Below, piece after piece: positions 49,190 through 62,400 of a stretch of DNA of 64,000 nucleotides (position 1 is its first letter; every line of letters starts with the position of its first letter). The stretch is taken from assembly GCA_030390025.1 (NCBI GenBank), contig JASTWF010000035.1, positions 2,914,001 to 2,978,000 on the forward strand, in the 5' to 3' direction. The position numbers and the translations under genes were made by a program. The notes beneath the pieces are model-generated. The model saw only the letters and a program-made list of their open reading frames with translations. It searched no databases and was not told the DNA's origin. Source of the stretch: Squalus acanthias (Eukaryota).

Positions 49190-52100
49190 GCTAGTGAGTA
49201 GGATAAGACAGGTTAACGCATGGCTGGAGAGATGGTGCAGGAGGGAGGGCTTCAGATTCCTGGGGCATTGGGACCAGTTCTGGGGCAGGAGGGACCTGTA
49301 CAAGGTGGAGGGATTGCATCTGAACAGGGCAGGGACCCATGTCCTTGCAGGAAGGTTAACCAGTGCTGTGGGGGAGGGTTTAAACTAATTTGGCAGGAGG
49401 ATGGGCACCAGGATAAAGCATTAGAGAGGAGCAACAAGGTGCAGAGAGGACAGGACCAGACAAACAGCATTAGAATGAAGAGTAGTTCAGAAATAGGAGG
49501 ATCAGACAGGGGGGGAAATGCAAGGCAGACTAAGATGGGTTTGGAGTGCATGTGCGTAAATGCACGGAGCGTGGTAAATAAGATTGTTGAGCTGCAGGCA
49601 CAAGGTGCCACATGGGATTATGATATAGTGGCAATAACAGAGACCTGGCTCAAGCAAGGGGAGGATTGAGAACTTAATATTCCTGGCTACAATGTATTCA
49701 GGAAATATAGGGAAGGAAAAAAGGAGGGGGCGGCAGTATTGCTCAAGGATACTGTTACAGCACTAGAAAGGTTTGATGTAGCTGAGGGTTCAGAGATAGA
49801 ATCTATTTGGTTAGAATTAAGGAACAATAGAGAAGCTATTACGCTGCTGGGTGTATACTATAGACCACCAAATAATGGGAAGGAGATAGAGGAGCAAATT
49901 TGCAGGCAAATTGCAAAAAGATGCAAGAACCTTCGAGTAGTGATAATGGGGGACTCCAATTATACTAATATAGACTGGGAAAATAACAGTGTAAAGGGCA
50001 AAGAGGAGGAGGGGAATTCCTGTAATGTGTACAAGAGAACTTTCTTGATCAGGATCTTGATGGAGGGTTTAAACTAGCTTGGCATGGGTTGGGCACTAGC
50101 ATATAGGAGTAGAAAAGAGGAATAATGTGCATAAAAGAGTGAGTGTGTTGGATAGTACTAGAGAAGATAGTACTAGAGGCAGTAGTAGTACCATATTAGA
50201 TAGGAATGAGAAGTCGCACAACACCAGGTTATAGTCCAACAGTTATATTTGAAATTACGAGCTTTCGGAGCGCTGCTCCTTCGTCAAGTAAAGTGAGGGA
50301 ATACAAATCACATTGTTCTCTGTCTATATATGCTTTGTATCTGATTTGTATTCCCTCACTTTACCTGACGAAGGAGCAGCCCTGAAAGCTCGTAATTTCA
50401 AATAAAACTGTTGGACTATAACCTGGTGTTGTGCGACTTCTCATTTTTGTCCACCCCAGTCCAACATCAGCATCTCCGCGTCATGGGCATATTAGATAGG
50501 AGCAGACTAAGAAAGACTACGAAAAATTCAAAAATGGGTTTAGAATGCATGTACGTAAATGCACAAAGTGTGGTGAATAAAGTTGGTGAGCTACAAGCAT
50601 AATTAGCCGTGTAGCAATATGATGTGGCAATAACGGAAACGTGGCTTTAAAACGGTGAGGACTGAGCACTTAATATTCAAGGGTACAAGGTGTTCAGAAA
50701 AGATAGCGAAGGAAAAAAGAGAGGTGGGGTGGCAGTGCTGATTAAAGAAGACATTGTAGTGTTGGAAAGGGAGGATGTTCTTGAGGGATCAAGGACAGAA
50801 TCCATTTGGTTAGAGTTGAGGATCACGTTATTGGGGGTATTCTATAGGCCTCCAAATAGTGAAAGGGAGGTAGAGGAGCAAATCTGCAGGGAAATCGCAG
50901 AGATATGCAAGAGCTATAGAGTGGTGATATTGGGGACTTTAATTACCCAAATATCGATTGGGATAATGCTCGGGTAAAGGGAAAGGAGGGGGAGGAATTT
51001 CTGAAATGTGTTCAGGAGAATTTCCTTGACCAGTATGTTCTTGGCCCAACTAGGAAGGAGGCATTGCTGGATCTGGTGCTGGGGAATGAGGTGGGCCAGG
51101 TCGACCAAGTGTCTGTGGGAGAACACTTGGGTACGAGTGATCATTGTATCATAAGATTTAGATTAGTAATGAAGAGGAGCAAGGAACAATCTAGAGTGGA
51201 ACTTCTAAACTGGAATAGGACTAACTTCAATGGGATGCGAAAGGATCTAGCCAGGGTAAAATGGAACCAAAGACTGACAGGGAAAACTGTAACGGAACAA
51301 TGGGTGATCTTTAAGGAGGAGATGTTCCAAGTACAGGCTAGGTACATTCCAACAAGAGGGAAGGGTAAGGGAACCAAAGCAAGAGCTCCTTGGATGACGA
51401 AGGAGATACAGAAGATGATGAAACAAAAAAAGAGGGTGTATGATGCATGTCAGGTGAATTCTTCAAGGAAGAACCAGACCAAATACAATAAGTTGAGAGG
51501 GGAAGTGAAGATGAAAATAAGACTGGCAAAGAGAGAATATGAGAGTAGAATGGCGGTTAACATAAAAGGGAATCCAAAAACCTTCTACCAGAATGTAAAC
51601 AGTAAGCAGGTAGTAAGAGGCGGGGTGGACAAAGAAGGTGATATATGCTTAGAGGCGCAGGGCAAGGCTAGAATACTCAATGACTACTTTGTATCGGTGT
51701 TCACTAACGAGATGGATGCTGACAAAATATCGGTAGAAGTGGAAAAGGTAGAAGCAATGGAAGGGGTGAAAATTGATAGACAGGATGTACTAGAAAGGCT
51801 GGGTATGCTTAGAGTGGACAAGTCGCCTAGTCCAGATGGCTTGCATCCCAGGTTGCTAAGGGAATTAGGGGAGGAGGTAGCGGAAGGGCCTGCGATAATT
51901 TTCCAATCTTCCCTAGATGCGGAGGAGGTGCCTGAGGATTGGAAAGTGGCAAATGTGACACCATTGTTCAAGAAAGGGTGTAAGGACAATTCTAGTAACT
52001 ACAGGCTGGTCAGTTTAACATCAGTGGTGGGTAAAGTTTTAGAAACAATAATCAAGGAAAAAATTAACGGGCACCTGGAGAGGTTTAAGCTAATTAAGGA

Positions 52101-53368
52101 GAGCCAACACGGATTTGTAAAAGGTAGATCATGTTTGACTAATCTAATTGAATTTTTTTATGAAGTAACAGGGAGGATTGATGAAGGGAATGTAATGGAT
52201 GTTGTCTACGTGGATTTTCGGAAGGCGTTTGACAAAGTACCACATCGAAGGCTGGTGAACAAAATTGAGGCTCATGGAATAGATGGGTCAGTGACAGCAT
52301 GGATAAGGAATTGGCTTAAGGACAGAAAACAGCGAGTCGTGGTAAATGGCTGTTTTTCAGACTGGAGGATGGTAGACAGTGGTGTTCCCCAAGGGTCAGT
52401 GCTGGGGCCACTGCTTTTTTTGATATATATAAATGACCTGGATATTGGAATACAGAGTAGAATTTCTAAATTTGCCGATGACACCAAACTTGGGGGTGTG
52501 GCAAACAGTGAGGATGATACCAATCGACTGCAACAGGACATAGAAAGGCTAGCAGAATGGGCAGACAAGTGGCAGATGGAATTTAATACAGAGAAGTGTG
52601 AGGTGATGCATTTTGGCAGAAGGAACAGGGAGAGGCAATATACACTTAATGGCACAGTTTTAAAGAGTGTACAGGGACAGAAGGACCTGGGAGTTAATGT
52701 GCATAGGTCCCTGAAGGTGGCAGGACATATTGAGAAAGTGGTTAGCAAAGCATATGGGATCTTGGGCTTCATAAATAGAGGTATTGAGTACAAAAGTAGA
52801 GAAGTTCTGCTGAACCTTTATAAAGCACTGGTTAGGCCACAACTGGAGTATTGTGTCCAGTTCTGATCACCACACTTTAGGAAGGATGTGAAGGCCCTTG
52901 AGAGGGTGCAGAGGAGATTTACCAGAATAGTTCCGGGGATGGGAGATCTTAGCTACAAGGACAGGTTGGAGAAGCTGGATTTGTTTTCATTAGAGCAAAG
53001 GCGGTTGCGGGGTGATTTGATAGAGGTGTACAAGATTATGACGGGTTTGGATAGGCTAGATGGGGAAAGGCTGTTCCCACTAGTTGATGGTACAAGGACT
53101 AGGGGACACAGAGTTAAGTTTTTGGGCAAGAGATAAACTTTTTTACACAGCGAGTGGTGAGGACCTGGAACTCGCTGCCGACGGAAGTGGTGGAAGCGGA
53201 GACACTCAATGTTTTCAAGGGGAGACTGGATAGGCACTTGAGGGCAATAAACTGGCAGGGCTACAGGGATAGGGCGGGGGAATGGGACTGACTGGATCGC
53301 TCTACAGAGAGCCGGCACAGACTCGATGGGCCGAATGGCCTCCGTCTGTGCCTCTATGACTCTATGAT
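49190..53368 (+). mobile_element. CR1: ORF1 end, two successive endonuclease starts, long ORF2 and tail
   Basis: GEGLN* then VNARSVVNK..ITETWL; restart at ~50060; 600-aa ORF 51064-52866 with full RT motifs; tail ctatgactctatg. Confidence 0.92.
50206..50487. mobile_element. Miniature non-coding Penelope derivative (fold-back, two hammerhead motifs)
   Basis: 14-bp TSD CATATTAGATAGGA (50192-50205, 50488-50501); ~105-bp inverted arms; hammerhead motifs at 50255-50291 (-) and 50361-50395 (+). Confidence 0.88.
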
Positions 53369-54410
53369 CAGTGTGTTTCTAGCCCAACGAGGAAGGAGCA
53401 GTACTGAATCTAGTTCTGGGGAATGAAGTGGGGCAAGAGGAGCATATTTCAATGGGAGAGCATTTGGGAAACAGTGATCACAATACCATGAGCTTTTGTT
53501 ATGGAAAAGGACAATGAAAAATCAAATGTGAAACTACGCAACTGGAGGGGGACTAATTTCAGTGAGTTGAAAAGGGATCTGCCCAGATGGATTGGAATCA
53601 AAGATTGGCAGGTAAAACAGTAAATGAGCAATCAGAGGCTTTCTAATGGAGGCAAAGGCATGGCTGAGGGACTAAATGAGTACTTTGCATCTGTCTTCAA
53701 AAAAGAAGAGGATGCTGCCAATGTCACAGTAAAGGAGAAGGTAGTAGAGATTTTGGATAGGATAACAATAGATAAAGGGGAGGCACTTTAAAGGTTGGCA
53801 GTCCTCAAAGTAGAATAGTCACCCGGTCCAGATGGGATGCATCCTAGGTTGCTGAGGGAAGTAAGGGTTGAAATTGCGGAGACTCTGGCCACAATCTTCC
53901 AATCCTCCTTAGATGTGGGGGTGGTGCCAGAGGACTGGAGGGTTACAAATGTTAACACCCTTGTTCAAAAAAGGGGAGAAGGATAAACCCAGTAACTACA
54001 GGCCAGCCTAATGTCAGTGGTGGGGAAACTTTTACAGACAATAATCCGGGACAATATTAATTGGCACTTGGAAAAATATGGGTTAAGAATGACAGCCAGC
54101 TGTTAAAGGAAAATCGTGTTTGACTAAATTAATTGAGTTCTTTGATGGTGTAACGGAAAGGTTAATGAAGATAGTGCGGTTGACGTTGTTTATACAGACT
54201 TTCAAGAGGTGCTTGATAAAGTACCACGTAATAGACTTGTTTGTAAAATTGAAACCCGTGGGATTAAAGGGACAGTGGCAGCGTGGATACAAAATTGGCT
54301 AAGGGACAGAAAGCAGAGAGTAGTGGTGAACGGTTGTTTTTCAGACTGGAGTGAAGTATAGAGTGGTGTCCCCAGGGGTCGGTATTAGGGTCACTGCTCT
54401 TTCTGATATA

Positions 54411-54604
54411 AATGAGAAGTCGCACAACACCAGGTTATAGTCCAACAGATTTATTTAAAATTACAAGCTTTCGGAGCTATCCTGCCCCTTCTTCAGGTAA
54501 AGTTACTGTGAGAGAATCTACAAGAATTCACAGAATATAAACACAGAGAAAATACAGAGATTCAATCTTTCCCTACATCAAAGACACACTAAGAGCACAG
54601 CCAA
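54411..54604 (-). mobile_element. Penelope pLTR fragment with hammerhead (54461-54500)
   Basis: TTAC-CTGAAGA-aGGGGC-aggata-GCTCC-GAAAGCTT-GTAA; GATATA on both sides. Confidence 0.8.
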
Positions 54605-54819
54605 GATATATATTATCGACCTGGACTTGGGTATAAATGGCATCATTTCAAAGTTTGCAGCCGATACGAAACTCGGAAATGTAGTAAACAATGAGGATAG
54701 TAACAGACTTCAGGAGGACAGAGACAGGCTGCTGGAATGGGCAGACACATGGCAGATGAAATTAAACGCAGCGAAGTGTGAAGTGATTCTTTCTGGTAGG
54801 AAGAATGAGAAGAGAATTA

Positions 54820-55090
54820 ACGGAGTGACTGCTGCCAACGACCAGAAGCTGCGCAGAAGCGTACTGTGCATTAATCTGGAAGCTCAAGCATGATGTTTCT
54901 GCTTTTATAAAAACGAGCCCACTCCCTTCCCGGCTCATTATAACGAGCCCGCTCCCTTCCCGGCTCATTATAACGAGCCCGCTCCCTTCCCGGCTCATTA
55001 TAACGAGCCCGCTCCTGTAACGAACCGGAAGAAAAGAATACGCAGAACACTTCTACGCAGCTTCCGGTTCATTGGCAGCAGTTGTGTCCA
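54820..55090. mobile_element. MITE with ~55-bp imperfect TIRs and internal 30-bp tandem repeats
   Basis: actgctgccaacgaccagaagctgcgcagaagcgtactg versus cagaacacttctacgcagcttccggttcattggcagcagt; TA flanks; (aacgagcccgctcccttcccggctcattat) x~3.5. Confidence 0.75.
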
Positions 55091-55487
55091 TAAATTAAAT
55101 GGTCCAATTCTAAAGGGGGTGCAGCAACAGAGACCTGGGGGTGTACATACACAAGTCTTTGAAGGTGGCAGGACAAGTTGAGAAGGCTGTTAAAATGGCA
55201 TCCGGTGACTTTATAAATAGAGGAATAGAGTACAAAAGCAAGGAATTTATGCTGAACCTTTTTAAAACACTGGTTCGGCCCCAGCTGGAGTATTGTGTCC
55301 AATTCTGGGCATCACACTTTAGGAAGGATGTGAAGGCCTTAGAGAGGGTGCAGAGGAGATTTACTAATTTGGTACCAGGGATGAGGGACTTCAATTATGT
55401 GGAGAGACTAGAGAAACTGGGATGTTCTCCTTATAGCAGAGAATGTTAAGGGGTGATTTGATAGAGATGTTCAAAATCATGAAGGCT

Positions 55488-56995
55488 TAGAATCATAGAA
55501 ATTTACAGCACAGGAGGAGGCCATTCGGCGCATCGTGTCTGTGCCGGCCGAAAAAGAGCGATCCCAGCCTAATTCCCACTCTCCAGCACTTGGTCCGTAG
55601 CCCTGTAGGTTACGGCACTTCAAGTGCACATCCAAGTACATTTTAAATGTGATGTGGGTTTCTGCCTCTACCACCTTTTCAGGCAGTAAGTTCCAGACCC
55701 CCACCACCCTCTGGGTGAAAAAATTTCTCCTCAACTCCCCTCTAAGCCTTCTACCAATTACTTTAAATCTATGCCCCCCTGGTTATAGACCTCTCTGCTA
55801 ATGAAATAGGTCCTTCCTATCCACTCTATCTAGGCCCTTTATAATTTTATACACCTCAATTACGTCTCCCCTCAGCCTCCTCTGTTCCAAAGAAAACAAC
55901 CCTAGCCTATCCAATCTTTCCTCATAGCTAAAATTCCCCAGCCCAGGCAACATCCTCTGTACCCTCTCTAGTGCAATCACATCTTTCCTGTAATGTGGTG
56001 ACCAGAACTGAACGCAGTACTCTAGCTGTAGCCTAACTAATGGCCCAAAAATTAGTGCCGCTACGCGAGAGTACGCACTGTGTACTCTCGCGTATTCTGT
56101 CTCCAATTGCCAGTTTTCTGCATGCACTGCGCATGCGCTGAAAACCGGCACTTGGTGATTTCAAAAGGGGGCGGTTCCTAAGTGAACCGCGTGCGCGCTA
56201 CAGGCTGCGCGCACGCAGTGCACTTAGTGCTTTGAACGCGCAGGTAAGCATGGAACATTTTACACAAAGAAAGGAGGCGTAAGACCCTCTTTTAACAAGG
56301 TAAGTAGTTAATTAAGTATTATTTTGAATTTTTTTCAACAGGTATATCTTTTTTAGAGACTTTAAAGAAAGGTAAGTTTATTTTTTCACTTTTTAAAAGA
56401 TTTTAAATTTTTTCAAAAATTTAATTTTTTGTTTAAAGTGGTTAATTTATTTAACTATACTTATTTTATTAATGTGATGGGGTTTTTTTTAATTTAATTG
56501 AGGTTTAGCTGTTCTTTTGAGGGGGTATAGTATTCATAGCTTTCACAGCCGTGCTGTGAAAGCTATGAATGAAAGATGGTGTGCTGCCATTGGCTCTAAC
56601 TGAGTCACGTGATCCCACAGCTCGCACGAATTAACTGCGCCTGTGGGATACGAAAGCCCTGCACAGCTGCTGTCCAGAACATCAAGTTCGTGCGAGCTGG
56701 GAATAAAAAAGCCAGCGCGCAGTGAGAGATCGCGGGAAGGCCTTACCCTCGCACGAAGGCTCACTCACTAATTTTTGGGCCAATGTTTTATACAGTTCTA
56801 GCATAACCTCTCTGCTCTTATATTCTGTGCCTCGGCTAATAAAGGAAAGTATCCCGTATGCCTTCTTAACCACCTTATCTACCTGTTCTGCTACCTTCAG
56901 GGATCTGTGGACATGCACTCCAAGGTTCCTCTGTTCCTCTACACTTGTCAGTATCCTACCATTTATTGTGTATTCCCTTGCCTTATTGACCCTCC
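55488..56995 (-). mobile_element. CR1 3' fragment split by a MITE
   Basis: LYKTL|VRLQLEYCVQFW continuous across 56042-56781. Confidence 0.85.
56042..56781. mobile_element. MITE, PIF/Harbinger-like
   Basis: Perfect 16-bp TIR GGCCCAAAAATTAGTG and 3-bp TSD AAT. Confidence 0.85.
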
Positions 56996-56999
56996 CTAT

Positions 57000-58220
57000 G
57001 TTTATCTACTTTCAAAGATGCTAAACCCCTTAATATTTCCTCGCTCACTATGTTTATCTCATCTAACATTTCACACTCCTCCTTAACTACAATGTCTGCA
57101 TCGTCCCTCTCCTGTGAAGACAGATGCAAAGTATTCATTAAGAACCATGCCCACGTCTTCCACCTCCACACACAGGTTACCTTTTTGGTCTCTAATAGGC
57201 CCTACTCTTTCTTTAGTTATCCTATTGCTCTGGATGTATTTATAAAACATCTTTCGGTTATCCTTGATTTTACTTGCCAATATTTTTCATGCTCTCTCTT
57301 TGCTTTCCTAATTTCCTTTTTAATTTCACCCCTGTACTTTCGATACTCCTCTCGGCTTTCTGCATTATTTTGCTCTCGGTATCTGACATAAGGTTTTGTT
57401 TCCAGTGGCAGAAGGATCGGTAACCAGAAGACACCTTTACAAATCACTGGTTAGAACTTAGATGGAATATTGTGTCAATTCTGGGCAACACACTTTAGGA
57501 AGGATGTCAAGACCTTGGAGAGGGTGCAGAGGAGGTTTACCAGGATGATACCAGGGATGAGGGACTTCAGATATGTGGAGAGATTGGAGAAGCTGGGATT
57601 GTTCTCAATAGAGATATTCAAAATGATGAGGGGATTTGATGGAGCAAGTAGGGAGAAACTGTTTCCTCTGACAAGTGGGTCGGTAACCAGAGGTCACAGA
57701 TTAAAAATAATTGGCAAAAGAACTGGAAGGGAAATCATTTCTCACAGTGGGATGTTAATATCTGGAACGCACTACCTGAAAGGGTGGTGGAATCAGATTC
57801 CATAGGAACTTTCAAAATAAACTGGACATGTCCTTGAAGAGAAATCATTTGTGGGGTTATGGGGAGAAACCTGGGGTGCGGGACTAAATTGCAGAGCACT
57901 TTCAAAGAGCGGGCACGGGCACGGGCACGGCGGGCCGACTGGCCCCCTTCTGTTCTATGACACAAATTTAAAATAACTGGCAATTGAACCAGAGGCGACA
58001 TGAGGGGAAAAAATTGACATAGCGAGTTATTGCGATCTGGAATGCGCTGCCTGATTCAATAATAACTTTCAAAAGGAAATTGGATAAATCCTTGAAGGGG
58101 AAACATTTGCAGGGCTATGGGGAAAGGGCAGGGGAGTGGGAATAATTGGAGAGCTCTTTCAAAGAGCCAGCACAGGCAGGATGGGCCGAATGGCCTCTTG
58201 TGCTGTTTCATTCTCTGATT
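57000..58220. mobile_element. Cluster of short CR1 fragments in both orientations
   Basis: KIKDNRKMFYKYI (-); RKDVKTLERVQRRFTR (+); several 3' ends. Confidence 0.75.
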
Positions 58221-58280
58221 CTTAGTGCCCTATTACTGAGCTGCTCCTAACCAGTTATGTTTTATTCTTTACAATAACAG

Positions 58281-58325
58281 CTGTTGAAGGAAATGCACAC
58301 AGTTTAGCATCCAAATGTGCACCAG
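58281..58325 (+). CDS. Putative small host exon (gene B), phase 1-1
   Basis: Acceptor ttttattctttacaataacag| and donor CCAG|gtaaga; (A)VEGNAHSLASKCAP. Confidence 0.6.
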
Positions 58326-58427
58326 GTAAGAAATCTCACCAATTAAATATTTCAATTATTTAAAGCAATTGCATTAAAAATACAGATTGTTAAAGAGAGC
58401 AGGGAAATTTGCATTTACAATAAATAA

Positions 58428-58822
58428 AAGATAGTTACTAATAAATCCAATAGGGAAATAAGGAGAAATGTCTTTACACAGAGGAGTGGTTAGAATGTGG
58501 AACTCGCTACCACAGGGAGTGGTTGAGGCAAATAGCTTAGATGCTTTCAAAAGGAAACGAGGCTGGATTGCTCTTTTTCGACTGGCACAGACACAATGGG
58601 CTGAATAGCCTCCTTCTGTGCTGTACATTTCTGTGATTGTAGATGAGGACAAGAGAGAAAAGAGAATAGAAAGATATGCTGAAAGGCTGAGAATTAGGTA
58701 GATAGAATGGGAGGAGACTCGTGAAGCCTAAGAAGAAATGGGAGGAGACTCGTGTGGAGTATAAACATCAGCACAGACTAGTTGGGCCGAATGGATTGTT
58801 TCTGTGCTGTATATTCTATGTA
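58428..58822 (+). mobile_element. CR1-type 3' fragment resembling 2065-2345
   Basis: Shared strings such as gaggcaaatagcttagatgctttcaaaaggaaacga. Confidence 0.7.
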
Positions 58823-59433
58823 ATTTATATAGCACCTTTGACATCCTCAGGGCATCCCAAATCACCTGACATCAAATGTTATGTCGACAAATGCCAATTT
58901 GAGCACAGCAAATGAGTGAATGATCAAATAATCTGTTTTGCTGGTGTTGGTTAGTGGAGGAGCATTAGCCAGGAGCGTAAGGAGTGAGACTGATGGGCCA
59001 ATGATAAAGGAGAATCAAATTTTTGGCATCTAAAGGAAGGAGGCTCATGAAGGGCATGATCCAGGTCTGCGGAAGGAGGTGGCCTTGGTAGTGAGTAGCA
59101 CTTGCAGCAACCCCCACATGACTATTCAATGTTTGAAGAAGTTCACTGACCTCTGGGGCAGGCACAGTAGCAGGAAGCAGTCACACCTTGGGACAATGCA
59201 CTGTAATAAGCATGTTTCCCAGTTGCAGCCACCTTGCCCTCACTACATCAAACACCATTTCCATCTTTTCACACAGTGCCAGCCTTTCCCAAGGTTTCAC
59301 ATGTAGAGCTGATCACCCAGTCTGATAGATGGAATGACAAGATAACTGTTTCAGATTTAGGAATCTTCAGTCATACACAATGCTCTTTCTTTATCCTGTG
59401 GATCCTGGTGACATGAATATATTTTGTTCAGGC

Positions 59434-62400
59434 TGTGGCGGATCGCCACCTAAAACGGGCATAATCCACTCTTCCGTCTGTGGACAAATTTCCAGCACCT
59501 TCCCCTTTAAGGCACATTACCTTTAAGGCAGAAGGGGGCGGGGCCTCAGGTTTTACCCAGAGAATTCTGGGAGTTTTTAGCAGAGAATTCTGGGAGCAGC
59601 TCTCTCAGCCATTTTGTGTGCCATGCAGTGAATTAAAGTTTTCTTGTTTTCCACATATGGATTCAGCCTCCATTCGTGTTTCGCGGCAACCTCGACATTG
59701 GTGACCCCGACGCTCAGAACGTATTCCGAGCACTGCAATGGCGAACACGAACGCAGTTTCCGTGAAACTGCCGGAGTTTTGGGAAAACCAGCCCGAAGCC
59801 TGGTTTCTCCAAGCTGAATCTCGCTTCCGGCTGCGAAATATCACCACAGATGGGACGAAGTACGACTATCTCGTCACATCACTCAGCAGCGCCGCAGTTT
59901 CCAAGGTTTGGACAACGCTGCAGAACCCACCAGAGGAAGGCAAGTACGCACATCTCAGAACAGCGCTCCTTAAAAAATTTACGGCCTCAGCATATCAGCG
60001 AAACTGCCACCTCCTCGACCTTCCAGGCCTCGGTGATGCCTCACCGTCAGACCTCCTCTCCCACATGCTCTCCCTCACCGACGAGAGCCCACCCGGATCC
60101 CTCTTCCACACGCTGTTCATCCGCCAGCTCCCTCTCAGCATCCGCCCAGCAATCGTGGCGTCCGGCCTCACGAACCTGGAAGCCCTGGCCGATGAGGCTG
60201 ACAAGCTGCTGTCCGCTCACTCCAGCCGCGACGTCACTCCGGACCTGGCAGCCAATGCCTGGGCGCGCCCCACTAACCCGGGCCACTGTTACTACCACGC
60301 ACGGTTCGGCGCCAGGGCACAACGGTGCACACCTCCCTGCTCTTTCAAGTCCGCCCCCGTTCCAGCCCCCGCGATGGCCGTGGGCCATGTGGGCTCCCTG
60401 CTGTTCGTCACGGATGACAAAACCGGCCGCCGGTTCCTGTGCGACACTGGGGCTCAGCACAGCATCATCCCGGCCTCCTCCCTCGACATCCAAAAGGGCG
60501 AACGAAGACCGGCGCTGGCTGCTGCTAACGGCTCGGAAATCCGGACGTATGGCACCCGGACAGTCACCCTTGACCTCGCTGGTCACCGCTACCGATGGGA
60601 GTTCATCACTGCCAAGGTGCTCTCCCCCCTCATCGGCACAGATTTCCTGTGTGCCCACGGCTTACTGGTAGACATCCCTCGTCACAGCCTCGTGGACATG
60701 AACACCATGTCCCCCATCCTGGGCGCCATGGCCCCCCGTCAACCCGCTGACATGGCGTCACAGTGCCACGCCCGGGCCACGGATGACTACTCGGCACTCC
60801 TGGCCGAATTCCCGGCCCTTACCAATCCGACCTTCTCCGCGGAGGCCGCCAAACACGGGGTGGAACACTTCATCCCCACCACAGGCCACCCAGTGTACGC
60901 CCACGCCCGCAGGCTGGACCCGGCCAAACTGGAGATCGCGCGGACCGAGTTTGCCACCATGGAACAGCTCGGCATCATCCGCCGCTCCAACAGTCCCTGG
61001 GCCTCCCCACTCCACATCGCCCCCAAACCAGGCGGAGGTTGGCACCCCTGCGGGGATTACCGCCGCCTCAATGACGCCACCACCCCTGATCGGTACCCCG
61101 TGCCGCACATTCAGGACTTCTCGGCTAGACTGGCCGGCCGCTCAGTCTTTTCCAAGGTCGACCTGGTGCGCGGCTACCACCAAGTCCCCGTCTACCCCGC
61201 GGACATCCCCAAGACGGCTGTAATCACCCCCTTCGGCCTGTTCGAGTTCCTGCAGATGCCCTTCGGCCTCAAAAACGCGGCCCAGGCATTCCAACGGCTC
61301 ATGGACTCGGGACCTGAAGTTCCTGTTCGTCTACCTGGACGACATCCTGGTAGCCAGTTCCTCCAAGCAGGAACACCTCGAACACCTTCGCATCCTGTTC
61401 GGGCGCCTCAGCGACCACGGGCTCATCCTCAGCCCAGCCAAATGCCAGTTCGGCCTGGACAAGATCGACTTCCTCGGCCACCACATCACCCATGCTGGGG
61501 CCATTCCCCTGCCCACCAAGGTGCAGGCCGTCCAACAATTTCCCCGCCCCACCACCATCAAAGGCCTCCAGGAGTTCCTCAGGATGGTGAATTTCTATAA
61601 CCGCTTCATCCCCAAAGCGGCGTCCCTCATGAGGCCCCTGTATGAAGCCCTCCGGGGCAGGAGCGGCAAGATGGCGGTCGAATGGACGGCAGACGTGTCC
61701 GCTGCCTTCGATTCCACCAAGACCGCGCTCGCCAACGCCACCCTGCTCGCGCACCCACGGCCCAATGCCAGGGTAGCGCTCACCACGGACGCCTCCGACC
61801 ACGCGGTCGGCGCCGTGTATGAGCAGTGGGTCGACGGCGCCTGGCAACCACTTGCCTTCTTCAGCCGCCAACTACGCCCCCCGGAGGTCAAGTACAGCAC
61901 CTTCGACCGTGAGCTCCTCGCGCTGTTCCTGGACTTCGCAAGGATGTGCGTACTTGGGCCAACTCCTGCCTAGCCTGCCAACGGGCCAAGGTACAGCAAC
62001 ACACGAAAGCACCCCTCGAGGAGTTTACCATCCCCTCGCGGAGATTCGACCACATCCACGTGGACATCGTCGGGCCCCTGCCGCCGTCGCAAGGCCACAC
62101 GCACTTGCTGACCATCGTTGACCGCACCACACACTGGCCTGAGGCAATTCCACTGACCTCTACTACCACCACCGCCGACATCGCCAGAGCCTTCGTCAGC
62201 ACCTGGGTCGCACGGTTCGGCGTCCCCTCCGACATGACGTCGGACAGAGGTCCGCAATTTACCTCTGAACTCTGGACCGCCGTCGCACGCAATCTCGGGG
62301 TGACCATTCACCGCACCACAGCGTACCACCCCCAAGCCAACGGACTGTGTGAGCGGTTCCACAGATCCTTGAAGGCATCTCTTCGAGCCAGCCTCCAAGA

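Larger units (their letters stand above)
53370..55476 (+). mobile_element. Degraded CR1 ORF2 with nested inserts
   Basis: Discontinuous CR1 motifs through RPQLEYCVQFW. Confidence 0.8.
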
